A stretch of DNA of 64,000 nt from an uncultured Candidatus Saccharibacteria bacterium (GTDB lineage: Bacteria > Patescibacteriota > Minisyncoccia > Phycocordibacterales > UBA1006), in NCBI GenBank assembly GCA_964601935.1, contig CAZROP010000001.1, positions 275,661 to 339,660 of the forward strand. The letters run 5' to 3'. Position 1 is the first letter of the stretch; each line of letters opens with the position of its first letter. The position numbers and the translations under genes were made by a program. This document shows, piece after piece, positions 25,975 through 37,033 of this stretch. The notes below the pieces were generated by a model that was given only the letters and a program-made list of their open reading frames with translations, did not search any database and had not been told where the DNA came from.

Positions 25975-28461
25975 TTAGATATTCTCTATCATCGCATGCA
26001 TCTGTTTTAGCTTCGCAGCGATTTCAGGATCAGGATGTTTCAGTGCATGCTCACGCAGTTCTGCCAATTCTTGTTCTATATCCTTTACCTCGTTCTGTAT
26101 CAGTGCACTAGTATTTTGAGGCGACGCATTATTGATGCCATGATTGCGCTTCATAATATCCATAATAATACTCTCGGTATCACGTATCTGCTCTGCGCGT
26201 TCATCGGTAGGGAGTAATTCTTGTTCGGATTTCAGTGTTTTCAGATAGTTCCACATTGTCTCCAGCTGAGCAGTATCCATGTGGAAATTAGGTAGGGGAT
26301 TTGTAAAGGACATATGTTCGGGGTGTGTATCGTGATTCGGCTCCGCATGCATAGTTTCTACACCGAGATCTATAGCGCTCGTGACTTCTTCGAAGCTGGT
26401 GACGCCTTGGAGAATTTTTATGATAGCATCCTCTTGCATCGTTAGCAGACCTTGATGTATCGCTGTTTCTCGCACCTCACGTTCTGACGGGTTACCTTCC
26501 AGTAACTTTTCCAGTTCTGTATCCATGAATATCGCCTCAAATAGACCGATACGACCTTTATATCCTGGCTCGTCAGGTTTGCTCGTATCAGCATCATATA
26601 CGGTGTACGACGGTGCGTCATGCGCGAATCCGAATCGTGTGATGTCTTTACCGCCAGCAATAGCATTGCCGAGAATGGAGTGAATGATTGTTAGCTCATC
26701 AGGTGTTGTCAGTCGTTCGATTCGTGTTTCAGGAACCAGTCTGCGCACCAATCGCTGTGCAATTGCGAGGCGTAGCGTAGATGCTAGTAATGATGGATTA
26801 ACTCCTAATACGAGCAATCGCGGAATGACCCCCGCTGCGTTGTTGGTGTGCAGTGTAGATAGTACCAGGTGTCCTGTTTGTGCTGCTTGTACTGCAGTAA
26901 TTGCTGTTTCTGCATCACGGATTTCCCCAACCATGATTACCTCTGGGTCCTGACGCATTGCAGCGCGTAGCCCTGATAGGAAGTCGTAGCCCTTGGTATG
27001 GTCTACTTGTGTTTGCTGTATGCCAGCGAGGTGGTATTCGATCGGATCTTCGATGGTGACGATCTTTATTTCTGGATCGTAGATACTTTGGAGGAAGCTA
27101 TACAGTGTTGTGGTCTTTCCCGATCCTGTCGGTCCTGTGGTCAAAATGATTCCTTCGGGTTTTGCTATCTCGCGCATGAATACCTCCATTAGTTTTGGTT
27201 CGATCCCCAAACGTTCGAATGATACTGTCAGTCCGCGCGGGTCCAAAATACGCATAACGATACCTTCGCCATACGGACCGGGGATAGTTGATACACGTAT
27301 TTCTATTTGTACACCGTCGAAGGTTACAGTAAATCGTCCATCCTGCGCATCCTTTGTGACTGTCAGTTTCAGTCCCGAAAGTATTTTGATGCGTGACGCA
27401 ACAGATTTGTTGATATCCAATGGAATTTCATAGATGTCTTCTAATACTCCGTCCTGGCGCATGCGTAGGCGCGCTGCATGTTCTTGGCATTCGATATGGA
27501 TGTCACTGGATTTGGTTGCAATTGCGCTTCCCATGATGATTTCCATCAGTTCGCTGGTAACACCCTGCTCGCGTGGACGCGCTAATAGTTCCGTAATCAC
27601 TGCATTAATATCACTATTTTTGTGAATTCGTGCAGATATGGTTGCTATGCGCGATGCGTCCATATCTACCATGCCTCCGTGTGATTTTGTGGTCAGGCGT
27701 ATATCTGCATAGCGATCTATTAGTTTGCGCATACTACGCGGGGACACCATGTAGGTGGTTACAGTATATCCATCACGAATTAACTGATTGATGACTGCCT
27801 GCGAATCTACATTGTTCGGGTTTTCGATTGCTACTGATAGATCTTTGTTATTGATTTTGAAAGCTGCCGCATGCGCACGCACGGCTGTTTTTTGTGGCAC
27901 CAGTATCAGTGCATCGGATTCTACGGTAACGCCCGACAGGTCCACGTAGGGCAGGTGCCAGTCGCGTGCTATTTTTTTCGTCAGGAACTCTTCTTCTATG
28001 CTGTGTATATCGCTCAGCTTTTTGTCCAAGTCATGGGAATCTGCAATCCCTGCATGTTTGCGAACCTCTTCCTGGTCTGCGGCACCTTGTGCAATGGTGT
28101 CATAGGGTTCGGGTGCAGTATTGGTAGTAGCTTCTAGCGCCAGCGTGTCGTCTGGGCTGGGTTTTGGAGGTGTTTCTAGAGTATCGTTGACAATAGTCGC
28201 CGCTGTTTGAGGGGCACTGTTTGGTGTTGCGGCACTATTGGGTAATGTTTTGGCAGACGAAGACTCTTCAGGTTGTGGTGATGCAGTATCAGTGGTTAGC
28301 CCAGCATTTCTGTTGCGCAAAATTTCTGTTACCGACAACCCGCCGGCTGTACCTGTATCGGCACCGACATCACTATCTGCCGGCGGCACAACCACATCAT
28401 CCGCATCAGCAGTAGTATTAGTCACCTGTGTATTACTAGAGATAGTCGTATCAAACTTCAT
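25975..28461 (-). CDS. pilB: GspE/PilB-family type IV pilus assembly ATPase with N- and C-terminal extensions
   Basis: SDIHIE, QDGRF, GPTGSGKTTT, TIEDPIEY, RQDPEVIMVGEIRD, TGHLVLSTLH. Confidence 0.92.
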   Translation of the reverse strand: MKFDTTISSNTQVTNTTADADDVVVPPADSDVGADTGTAGGLSVTEILRNRNAGLTTDTASPQPEESSSAKTLPNSAATPNSAPQTAATIVNDTLETPPKPSPDDTLALEATTNTAPEPYDTIAQGAADQEEVRKHAGIADSHDLDKKLSDIHSIEEEFLTKKIARDWHLPYVDLSGVTVESDALILVPQKTAVRAHAAAFKINNKDLSVAIENPNNVDSQAVINQLIRDGYTVTTYMVSPRSMRKLIDRYADIRLTTKSHGGMVDMDASRIATISARIHKNSDINAVITELLARPREQGVTSELMEIIMGSAIATKSSDIHIECQEHAARLRMRQDGVLEDIYEIPLDINKSVASRIKILSGLKLTVTKDAQDGRFTVTFDGVQIEIRVSTIPGPYGEGIVMRILDPRGLTVSFERLGIEPKLMEVFMREIAKPEGIILTTGPTGSGKTTTLYSFLQSIYDPEIKIVTIEDPIEYHLAGIQQTQVDHTKGYDFLSGLRAAMRQDPEVIMVGEIRDAETAITAVQAAQTGHLVLSTLHTNNAAGVIPRLLVLGVNPSLLASTLRLAIAQRLVRRLVPETRIERLTTPDELTIIHSILGNAIAGGKDITRFGFAHDAPSYTVYDADTSKPDEPGYKGRIGLFEAIFMDTELEKLLEGNPSEREVRETAIHQGLLTMQEDAIIKILQGVTSFEEVTSAIDLGVETMHAEPNHDTHPEHMSFTNPLPNFHMDTAQLETMWNYLKTLKSEQELLPTDERAEQIRDTESIIMDIMKRNHGINNASPQNTSALIQNEVKDIEQELAELREHALKHPDPEIAAKLKQMHAMIENI

Positions 28462-28548
28462 GATACAATTATATACGAATGTAGTAGTCTCTGCATTGTA
28501 ACCCTGTTCAATACTTTATTCTTCTCACTAAATTATACGTCCACGAGT

Positions 28549-31404
28549 ATGTCTGAAAATTATAACGAACCTATCGAAGATGGTGAAGCTCCTGAGTTTG
28601 TAGAAAATGCACCCAAGCATGTAGTAGGCATGGAAGCGTCCAGTGAGCCTCTTTCACAAACACTAAAGGTTATCGAAAGTATTCTGTTCGAAGATCTGGG
28701 TGACGCTTTTCTTCCTGGAACTCCTGCTCGTGAACGATTTGATGAAATAGTGAATGGCGAACAGTTCCAAAATCTAGGGCCAGTATTGCAAAAATTGGCT
28801 GCAGATAGGCGTGATCATAGACGCAATCCGATAACTATTGAAAGTATATATACAGCGCTGAGTCTCTATGTGCAGACAGGGTCCGCCAATAATCGCGTGG
28901 AATTAGCTACGCTATTGGATGGATTTAGTGATGAGTATGAGAAAGGTGGATTACATAAAAGTGAAAGATTGGTGTCCAAGTTGCAGCGATTTGGAAGGGC
29001 AGCCGCGGCAGTATTCACTGGGATGCTCGCACATCCAGCCTATGGCGCGTCAGATATGCCTCAAGCAAGTCCTGTAAACAATGGCGCGCAGAAAACTGCA
29101 TCATTTTCATATGACGCAACAACACCTGCCGGAATATGGAGAGCGAGTGATTACGAGAATACTGATTTAGAAGGTGGAGGCAATGGTAATCCAGAACAGG
29201 AATTAGCAGCAGCAGTTCTTGAGAGAGACAGTTTGAAAGACCAGGTCGCCGAGTTAAGAACAGAATTACAAGGCCTGGATGCTAAAAAAACCGCATATAA
29301 AGCTATCATGGCAAAGAATGTTAAAGGTTCTTCAGCTTGGAAGGGTGCTGACGCTAAACTCGGACCGGTACGTGATAGAATAAATACTATTATACTAGAT
29401 CTAGCAGATTTGAATGGTGAATTAGTAGCTGCACAGGCTAATGTAGATCGTTGGCAGACAGAAGTAGATAGGGCGAATGCGACACAAAATGCAGCAGCGC
29501 TGGCTCAGGCAGAGATACAGAGAATGAATGCCTTGGAAACAGAGGTGGGTACTTTGGTAAAACCAGTGCCTGGTGTATCGAATCGATATGATACTGGTCT
29601 CAAGTCGGGTGAGGATGCAGGGCAGAAAGCATCTGACGCACTGTTTAATATTCAGCAGAGAATGGGGGAAATAGAACAGTTTGTTATTGAAAATGGTCTA
29701 GATGTTCCGCTCAGCAGAACTGATGCAGAGTATGCACTGTGGTCTAGACTGCAGACACATTTGCAAACTCTGCAAAAACAGGCAGATAATGCGCAGCAGT
29801 GGGTAGACAGTTCACAAAAATTAGCAGCAGATCAGTTGGGTATAGCAACCGATTCTGTTGCAGGAGTTCGGGCAGATAATGCAGCAGCAGGTCAGCGCAA
29901 AGATGAATTAGCTGATGCAGAATCTCGCATAAAGAATGCAGCGGCATTGAAGAAGCTAACCAAACCTCGTGAGTTTACTAAAGAGGACGCAAGAAATGTA
30001 AAGCGTAATGCGAAGAACGCCGGCGATATTCGCACAGCAGCAGAGGCCAACATGGATGCGGCATCTATGGATGCAACGAATGCGTTATATGGTGCGTTGA
30101 TGGAAAAGGCACAGTCAGGAACTCTCACTCTTGCAGAATTGAAAGAATTACAAGATATGTTGCCAAAGGTAGAAACAGACCCTGGATTGCGTCTTATTTT
30201 GGAAAAGATCAGGGACCCGAAGACTGGAAAGAAGGAAAGAATGGAGCTACTAAAGATGTACGCACAACAAAGAAGATTCCTCCGACCTGGAGAATATTTC
30301 GATGTCAGTGGACCAGGTTCATCGGGTACTCCAGGCAAGAAGACATCTACCACTGAAACCAAGGTTAAAAAAGGTACACAAATAATCACAGAATCATACA
30401 GTGGTTTGCCGCGAGACCAAGTTCCGCTGGGATTTGTTCAGCATGATAATAATGTGAGAAGTGGTGAATATAGTGCGAATGCTGCAGATAATTACCACGT
30501 ATTATCATATGCGAAATATCTGGGAATGTCAGCGGCAGAAACGAAGCCTACTACAGCACAGGGTGCGATGAAAAACTTGTACAAAGCATTCACTGATCCT
30601 CGTACTGCAGATGACTGGTATTATACTATTCGCGAGGCGTGGGCAAACAAGGGGAGAGCAGATAGCCATACAGGATCCCTGAAGGATGCAGATTTGCGTG
30701 CCCATTTTGATAAGGCTTTCAGTGCAATGTTAAAGAGCCCTGGGAGCATTTCTGCAGAGTTGGCGCGACTTGGTCTGAAAATAGGAACGACGACAGGTAG
30801 AGTAACTCTCTATGGCATAGAGAATGAAAATGGAGGAGTGGTACGTATGATTAATAGTCGAAACGTGCATCCAGGAGAAATGTTCCTAATGACCACAGAT
30901 GGTGATATCGTGGGTAGTTTGTGGTGTATTAATCCAACTATCATCATCCCGACAGTTAGCGGAGAGCGTTTGCGAGAAATCGTTAATACTGCCGATACGG
31001 TTACGGTAACCAATAATCAGTATGAGGAGCTCATAAAATACCGATATATCGAGAATACGGTAATTGTTCAGGGTCAGCAGCAGCAAAGTCGCGTCGGAGT
31101 AAGTGGTAGCGCTAATCTGCACCTGGATCTTGTCCGTATACAGAACCAAAAAACAGGGGCATGTTTCAATGTAGCACGCAATAGATTGCAACAATGGTCC
31201 CAAGGAGATTCGGGAGATAGAGGGCGACCATTGAACGGGAATCATTCAGTGGGGAGTGACGGGGATCGGGGAACTGGGCTAGGTGAACAAATCGGTTCGG
31301 ATGGGGACAGTGGAACAGGTCTAGGTGGTCACAGTAATGGTAATTCGGGTACTCCAGGCAATAATCCAGCCACTAGAAGCAATAATAAGGGGCCGCGGAA
31401 CTAA
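28549..31404 (+). CDS. large hypothetical coiled-coil protein with Gly/Asp/Ser-rich repeat tail
   Basis: 951 aa; acidic N-terminus, internal signal-like segment, long coiled coil, GSDGD(R/S)GTGLG repeats. Confidence 0.85.
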   Translation: MSENYNEPIEDGEAPEFVENAPKHVVGMEASSEPLSQTLKVIESILFEDLGDAFLPGTPARERFDEIVNGEQFQNLGPVLQKLAADRRDHRRNPITIESIYTALSLYVQTGSANNRVELATLLDGFSDEYEKGGLHKSERLVSKLQRFGRAAAAVFTGMLAHPAYGASDMPQASPVNNGAQKTASFSYDATTPAGIWRASDYENTDLEGGGNGNPEQELAAAVLERDSLKDQVAELRTELQGLDAKKTAYKAIMAKNVKGSSAWKGADAKLGPVRDRINTIILDLADLNGELVAAQANVDRWQTEVDRANATQNAAALAQAEIQRMNALETEVGTLVKPVPGVSNRYDTGLKSGEDAGQKASDALFNIQQRMGEIEQFVIENGLDVPLSRTDAEYALWSRLQTHLQTLQKQADNAQQWVDSSQKLAADQLGIATDSVAGVRADNAAAGQRKDELADAESRIKNAAALKKLTKPREFTKEDARNVKRNAKNAGDIRTAAEANMDAASMDATNALYGALMEKAQSGTLTLAELKELQDMLPKVETDPGLRLILEKIRDPKTGKKERMELLKMYAQQRRFLRPGEYFDVSGPGSSGTPGKKTSTTETKVKKGTQIITESYSGLPRDQVPLGFVQHDNNVRSGEYSANAADNYHVLSYAKYLGMSAAETKPTTAQGAMKNLYKAFTDPRTADDWYYTIREAWANKGRADSHTGSLKDADLRAHFDKAFSAMLKSPGSISAELARLGLKIGTTTGRVTLYGIENENGGVVRMINSRNVHPGEMFLMTTDGDIVGSLWCINPTIIIPTVSGERLREIVNTADTVTVTNNQYEELIKYRYIENTVIVQGQQQQSRVGVSGSANLHLDLVRIQNQKTGACFNVARNRLQQWSQGDSGDRGRPLNGNHSVGSDGDRGTGLGEQIGSDGDSGTGLGGHSNGNSGTPGNNPATRSNNKGPRN

Positions 31405-31456
31405 ACAGTAATAGCTTGACATGACTCAATAAATAAGACATAATATATCATATCGT

Positions 31457-34108
31457 ATGAAAAAACTACTCCAATCAATCACTCTGTCGATCCTTGCATT
31501 TGTTATTGCGCCATTTGCAGTATTGGCTGCGCCTATTATCAACGTAGACAGTGGAGTAGGGCCTGAATCTCTATGTAAGCCTATAGGGGAGATCGTTGTT
31601 AACGAAGAATTCTACAATAATGATATTTCGGTCAATGTGCTTTCCAATGATTATATTTATTACGGAAATACCGCAGCAGCGGTCAGTATCCGGGCCATGG
31701 CAACTAATACTGGTGATACAACTGGGAATGTAAATTACAGCATCCAGTATAATGGTACTCCGGGTGCCTATGCAACATCACACTCATTTACGGTTACGGT
31801 AGATGGCAAAAATCAGGCAATCAATGTTAATACTTCTCCAGCTCTTACTAAAATAGCCTTGGTAGATAGTTACAAGGTTGTTCGTACAGGACAGGCATCT
31901 CAGGGTTCATCGTTCCCTTATGCACAGAGCTCATTGCCGAGTGCCGTGTCGAGCACATCCTTCACTGTACCACCGAGTGGGAACGCGTTCGGATCGTCAT
32001 TTGATTGTAGTGGGTATGGAGTATTTTGGTTCCCAACTGTCAACCAGCCACAAACCTGGGGTTTTGAGGTTGGTCTAAAAAATGTATACAGTATTGTAAA
32101 ACAGGCTACTGTAGTTCCACAGGGCAATTGTCCTATAGATTTGGTGGCTAATCCTACAACAGTATTATTCGGAGGCTCGACAGTTCTCAGCTGGTTGCAT
32201 ACATCTACGAATAACTGTACACTGGCTCTTTCGTGTTCTGCTGTGAACGGTTGGGGGTCAGGATCTCTTCCGGTTACAGGTAGTCAGACTGTCGTGACTA
32301 CTGCACCTGCAGGATCTCAGCAGACATATACTATACAGTGTAATTATCCGAATGGAACGAGCGCAACGGATAGTGCGACAGTGAATATTCAGCAGCAGAA
32401 TAATCCGACCAACTATTGTCCGCCAACATTGGACGCGACACCCAATGTTGTGTTTCCTGGGGCTGTTGTGAATATTAGTTGGGGAGCCCTGCCTAACAAT
32501 GTGTGTACACAGGCTAATTATTGTTTAGCGCAGAGTGGCTGGGCATCAGGACAATTAAACACATCAGGCAATCAGTCATATCCAACCTCGTCTAGTGCTG
32601 CGCCAGGGTCAGGGCTGTCGTTCACTATCAACTGTCATTATCCTGATGGGTCAGTACGCAGTGCAACAGACACTATTACGTTCCAGGGAAATGTAAATCC
32701 GCCACAACAGTATGGTAGTCCGACCATTGATGCGAATCCTGATTCCGTGTATCCAGGGGCACAGGTTAATCTGACCTGGTCAGGCGGCAATGGCGCAGTA
32801 TCATGTCAGGCAATAGATGGTTGGGCACAGTCAATCAACGTTAACGGGTCTCGTGTGTATACCACATCTCAGGGTGCGCCAGGAGGTAGTAACCAAACAT
32901 TCCGTATTCGTTGTTTATATCCTGATGGGGCACAGCGTGATGCGTCAGATACGATACAATTCATCGCACAGAATATTCCACCGAATCAGTACCAGAACCC
33001 AAACAATGGCGGAGTATCAGGAATCGCAGGGTCTCCCATCGTACGCACATTGTCAGCGCGATCTGTAGAGAAAACATCTGCAAAATTGCGTGGATACTTC
33101 AACGCAAATGGATGTCCTGCTATTACCACATGGTTCGAGTACGGACCAGAACGTGGTAATTTGGAATTCCGTTCAGATAGTATTACTCAGAGTAATAAAT
33201 ATGGAAACGTAGAATTTGTTGCAACCAATTTGCGGCCAAAAACAAAATACTACTATCGTATCGTAGGAGAAAACTGCAAAGGGGTGAGTTTGGGAGCTAT
33301 CGAATCACTCGTAACTGCCAGTGGAGCTATCAATGTTGTGGGTTCACAGGCTACTACGAATAATACTACTGTCGTTCGCAATGTAACTGAACGTATAGTA
33401 GATACATCAGTCACGGCGACAGGTGCGGGTACCAGCTATCTGCGTTTAGATGTTACGAACGACAATGATGTTCCCGATGAAGACAACGAGCCTATTCGGG
33501 TTGTGATCCGTGGAGAAGTAGTGGTATATCGGGTTGTTTGGGAAAATCTCACTACCAGTATGCTGCGTGACGGCAAAATCCGTGTGAATTTGCCTCGCGA
33601 GCTCGCGTTCATGAATTCATCAAATGGAATCTATGACAAGGATTCAAATAGCGTATACATGACTATAGGAGATATTCCTGGACGTGCCAGCGGAGTAGAG
33701 TTCATTACGGTCAAGGTAACCACCGGAGGCGCAGTAGGTGATCCTGTAGTAGTTGAAGCAATTGCTGCATTCGATGCGCCGAAAACTGACGCGCAGGTAA
33801 ACGCTATTGATTATGATGAAGACGTGTTGGCAGACCGTGTATTGGCTGCTGCGAATCCATTCTCATTCAATTGGATATGGATCATAGGAATTATTCTATT
33901 AATGGTACTGGTATTCCTCATCGCGCGTTATCATGCGCTAGCGAGTCAGTATCGTGGTGGAGGTTATAATCAGCATAATTACTATACTCCCCCTGGTCCA
34001 CAGACGCCTCCCGTTGTGCCAGTACGAATGTCAGAGCCAGAGCGTGATCCATTTGTTCCGCCCTCTGCGGGCAGTGGTCCTGTCTACAAACCCTATCAGC
34101 CGGAATAA
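31457..34108 (+). CDS. cell-surface protein with three Cys-containing Ig-like repeats, FN3-like and DUF11-like domains and a C-terminal TM
   Basis: Signal peptide; 3x (A.P..V..G..V.L.W...C.A..GW...G........C.YP.G....D); WFEYG...L.PKTKYYYR; TM followed by Pro-rich tail. Confidence 0.85.
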   Translation: MKKLLQSITLSILAFVIAPFAVLAAPIINVDSGVGPESLCKPIGEIVVNEEFYNNDISVNVLSNDYIYYGNTAAAVSIRAMATNTGDTTGNVNYSIQYNGTPGAYATSHSFTVTVDGKNQAINVNTSPALTKIALVDSYKVVRTGQASQGSSFPYAQSSLPSAVSSTSFTVPPSGNAFGSSFDCSGYGVFWFPTVNQPQTWGFEVGLKNVYSIVKQATVVPQGNCPIDLVANPTTVLFGGSTVLSWLHTSTNNCTLALSCSAVNGWGSGSLPVTGSQTVVTTAPAGSQQTYTIQCNYPNGTSATDSATVNIQQQNNPTNYCPPTLDATPNVVFPGAVVNISWGALPNNVCTQANYCLAQSGWASGQLNTSGNQSYPTSSSAAPGSGLSFTINCHYPDGSVRSATDTITFQGNVNPPQQYGSPTIDANPDSVYPGAQVNLTWSGGNGAVSCQAIDGWAQSINVNGSRVYTTSQGAPGGSNQTFRIRCLYPDGAQRDASDTIQFIAQNIPPNQYQNPNNGGVSGIAGSPIVRTLSARSVEKTSAKLRGYFNANGCPAITTWFEYGPERGNLEFRSDSITQSNKYGNVEFVATNLRPKTKYYYRIVGENCKGVSLGAIESLVTASGAINVVGSQATTNNTTVVRNVTERIVDTSVTATGAGTSYLRLDVTNDNDVPDEDNEPIRVVIRGEVVVYRVVWENLTTSMLRDGKIRVNLPRELAFMNSSNGIYDKDSNSVYMTIGDIPGRASGVEFITVKVTTGGAVGDPVVVEAIAAFDAPKTDAQVNAIDYDEDVLADRVLAAANPFSFNWIWIIGIILLMVLVFLIARYHALASQYRGGGYNQHNYYTPPGPQTPPVVPVRMSEPERDPFVPPSAGSGPVYKPYQPE

Positions 34109-34116
34109 GAACTCAT

Positions 34117-34148
34117 TAAAAAACACCCTTACGAAGGGGTGTTTTTTA
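34117..34148 (+). terminator. intrinsic terminator
   Basis: taaaaaacaccctt...aggggtgtttttta. Confidence 0.8.
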
Positions 34149-34187
34149 TAAATCCACAAACACACATACATGCTATACTAGAGTCCT

Positions 34188-34634
34188 ATGACCTCGAATA
34201 CCACTGTCGTTACCCTGGATGCTTTGTCTGATTTCGCTCAATCTTTACTGGATAGTATACCCGAAGTACCATCTGCAACAATTTTCTATTTGGGAGGTGA
34301 TTTGGGTGTCGGTAAAACTACATTTGTCACAGCATTAGCCGGGGTGCTGGATATTGGTGAAGTGATAACGAGTCCTACCTTTGTTATTCAGAAGTCGTAT
34401 CCGATAGCACAGCATAGCCGCTTTTCACAATTGATTCATATTGATGCCTACCGTTTGGATTCTGGTGATGATCTGGAGAAATTGCGCTCCCACGAGTATT
34501 TTGCCGACCCGAGCAATCTAATCTGTATCGAATGGTATACCAATATTACCTCTGCATTACCCGGCGCAGGTGTATATATTGATATTGCTATCGTCGATGC
34601 TGCTACTCGTTCATTCACTGTGTCCGTTGTATAA
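34188..34634 (+). CDS. tsaE: tRNA threonylcarbamoyladenosine biosynthesis ATPase TsaE
   Basis: LGGDLGVGKTTF, TSPTF, HIDAYRL, ICIEW. Confidence 0.95.
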   Translation: MTSNTTVVTLDALSDFAQSLLDSIPEVPSATIFYLGGDLGVGKTTFVTALAGVLDIGEVITSPTFVIQKSYPIAQHSRFSQLIHIDAYRLDSGDDLEKLRSHEYFADPSNLICIEWYTNITSALPGAGVYIDIAIVDAATRSFTVSVV

Positions 34635-34641
34635 TGTGTCT

Positions 34642-37029
34642 ATGGTTAAAATTACTAACAAACCCACCGTAGTATTGCTGGATAGTCATGCAATGCTCCA
34701 TCGTTCGTACCATGCTTTTCCTAATCTGACTACTCCTCATGGAGAGCCTTCGGGCGCGCTGTTCGGTCTGACGCAGATGTTGTTACATGTTATGTCCGAA
34801 TTTGATCCACATGATGTGGTGGCATGTTTTGATCTGCCTGTTGATACATTCCGCCACACCGCATTCGATGGGTACAAGGCTGGTCGTCAAAAAACTGATG
34901 ATGCATTGTCGATTCAAATAGAGCGCGCACGAGGAATTATGGAGGCGTGGAGTATACCAGTAGTGGATGCTCCCGGATTCGAAGCTGACGACTGCATAGG
35001 TACATTAGCAAACAAATATCATGTAGCAGGATACCATGTAGTAATAGCATCAGGAGATCGAGATACTCTACAGTTAGTACGAGATAATGATGTGGTGGTT
35101 TGGACATTAAAGCAAAATATCAAAGAAAGCATAGTGTTTAACGAAGAAGGCGTAATTAATTATTACGGATTTGTTCCGCAACTGATTCCAGATTACAAGG
35201 CACTAGCAGGGGATTCCAGCGATAATATTCCAGGGATTCGTGGAATAGGTGATAAAACTGCACGTACATTGGTTGGGCAAGTCGGCAGTATAGATACTAT
35301 ATATGATGTGTTAACAACGGATCCTGAGCGTATTCAAACTCTGATACCAAAGCGTATGGTTGAGCTACTGAAAAATGGTCGCGAAGAAGCAGATTTTTCG
35401 CGCATTTTGGGAGAAATACGATTAGATGCTCCGGTAGAGATTGTGGCATATGACAAGGCTTGGCGGGAACGTGCATCAGCAGATGCTATCTTGTCAGTAT
35501 GTCGCACCTATTCGTTTACTTCGTTGATCAATCGCGTGAGAAACTTATTTTCATTACAGGCTATTACAGAACAGACACCTTCTTTGTTGGATGGGCTAGA
35601 TAGTGCGCATCAGTCTGTTGATGATGTAGAATTACGACGTATGCAGATTGCCCGATGGGTGATTGATCCTTCTCGGAGTAACTACACACTTTCAGAATTA
35701 TATGCTTGGTCAGGCGCGGCTACGATATCGGGTATTTGGGAGGCGCTAGACAAAGAAATAGCGCATACACAGACTGAATTCGTTTGGAACAGTATAGAGG
35801 ATCCTCTAATATCTATTGTTGCAAGTATGCGTGAACACGGCATGCTATTAGATCAGGCAACTTTATCGAGCATCGGTGATGGGGTGCAGGAGTCATTACA
35901 TGTTGTAGAGAAAAAGATTCAAGATCATGCTGGTGTACAGTTTAATATTAATTCTCCGAAACAACTAGGAGAAATTCTTTTTGAAACACTAAATATCACA
36001 GGAAAAGGAATAAAGAAGAACAAGTCTGGGGGGTATTCGACCCAGGAATCAGAGTTAGAAAAAATACGTCACCTGCACCCCGTTATCGCTGATATTTTAG
36101 AATACCGTGGTCTGGCAAAACTCCAATCAACTTATATCGAATCGCTACCTCGATTCTGTGATGAAAATTCACGCATACATCCCTGGTTGCGCCAGGATGG
36201 GGCCGCTACCGGTCGGTTTTCATGTACGGATCCTAATATTCAGAATATTCCTATACGTACAGAGTTAGGGAAAACATTGCGCAATGCATTCGTGGCGCCG
36301 CCTGGTTATGTTATTGTGCGTTGTGATTATTCGCAAATAGAATTACGTCTGGCGGCACTCCTGTCAGGAGAAGACACGATGTGCAAAATGTTTCGTAATA
36401 ATGACGATATTCATACTGCAGTCGCTGCGCGTGTATTCGGTGTGCCAGAATCAGATGTTACGCGCGATCAGCGTCGTAGCGCAAAAGTTATTAACTTTGG
36501 GATACTCTATGGTATGGGTGCGACAGCGTTGGCAGGGGAATTGGGTACTATCCGATCAGAGGCAGAAGAGTATTTGCATGCATACTATGCACGATTTCCT
36601 CGTATACAGGAGTATGCACGGGATAATATAGAGCATGCTCGCAACCATGGATATACGCTGACGTTATTCGGTCGTAGGCGACCTGTTCCGGAAATGAGCT
36701 CGGGATCACCCATGGTGCGTGCTTATGGCGAGCGGATCGCTATGAATGCGCCTATACAGGGGACCGCAGCAGATGTAATGAAGTTGGGAATGATTCAGGC
36801 TGATACCGTATGTCAAAAGTATAATGCTTATATGATAGCCCAAGTGCATGACGAAGTATTATTTGAGGTTCCCGAAAGTGTAGTGAATGAATTCGTTCCC
36901 GATATAGAACAGACACTAGAATCGATACTGTCAGTATACAAACCTGATGTTGCTGCACTGGTTCCGTTGGTTGTAGAAACAGAAGTTGGTCCATCGTGGG
37001 GCCAGACTAAGCCGTATATAACCTCATAA
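34642..37029 (+). CDS. polA: DNA polymerase I (5'-3' exonuclease plus polymerase; reduced 3'-5' exo region)
   Basis: GFEADD, SGDRD, GDSSDNIPG..GIG.KTA, DYSQIELR, AKVINFGILYG, QVHDE. Confidence 0.97.
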   Translation: MVKITNKPTVVLLDSHAMLHRSYHAFPNLTTPHGEPSGALFGLTQMLLHVMSEFDPHDVVACFDLPVDTFRHTAFDGYKAGRQKTDDALSIQIERARGIMEAWSIPVVDAPGFEADDCIGTLANKYHVAGYHVVIASGDRDTLQLVRDNDVVVWTLKQNIKESIVFNEEGVINYYGFVPQLIPDYKALAGDSSDNIPGIRGIGDKTARTLVGQVGSIDTIYDVLTTDPERIQTLIPKRMVELLKNGREEADFSRILGEIRLDAPVEIVAYDKAWRERASADAILSVCRTYSFTSLINRVRNLFSLQAITEQTPSLLDGLDSAHQSVDDVELRRMQIARWVIDPSRSNYTLSELYAWSGAATISGIWEALDKEIAHTQTEFVWNSIEDPLISIVASMREHGMLLDQATLSSIGDGVQESLHVVEKKIQDHAGVQFNINSPKQLGEILFETLNITGKGIKKNKSGGYSTQESELEKIRHLHPVIADILEYRGLAKLQSTYIESLPRFCDENSRIHPWLRQDGAATGRFSCTDPNIQNIPIRTELGKTLRNAFVAPPGYVIVRCDYSQIELRLAALLSGEDTMCKMFRNNDDIHTAVAARVFGVPESDVTRDQRRSAKVINFGILYGMGATALAGELGTIRSEAEEYLHAYYARFPRIQEYARDNIEHARNHGYTLTLFGRRRPVPEMSSGSPMVRAYGERIAMNAPIQGTAADVMKLGMIQADTVCQKYNAYMIAQVHDEVLFEVPESVVNEFVPDIEQTLESILSVYKPDVAALVPLVVETEVGPSWGQTKPYITS

Positions 37030-37033
37030 TAGT

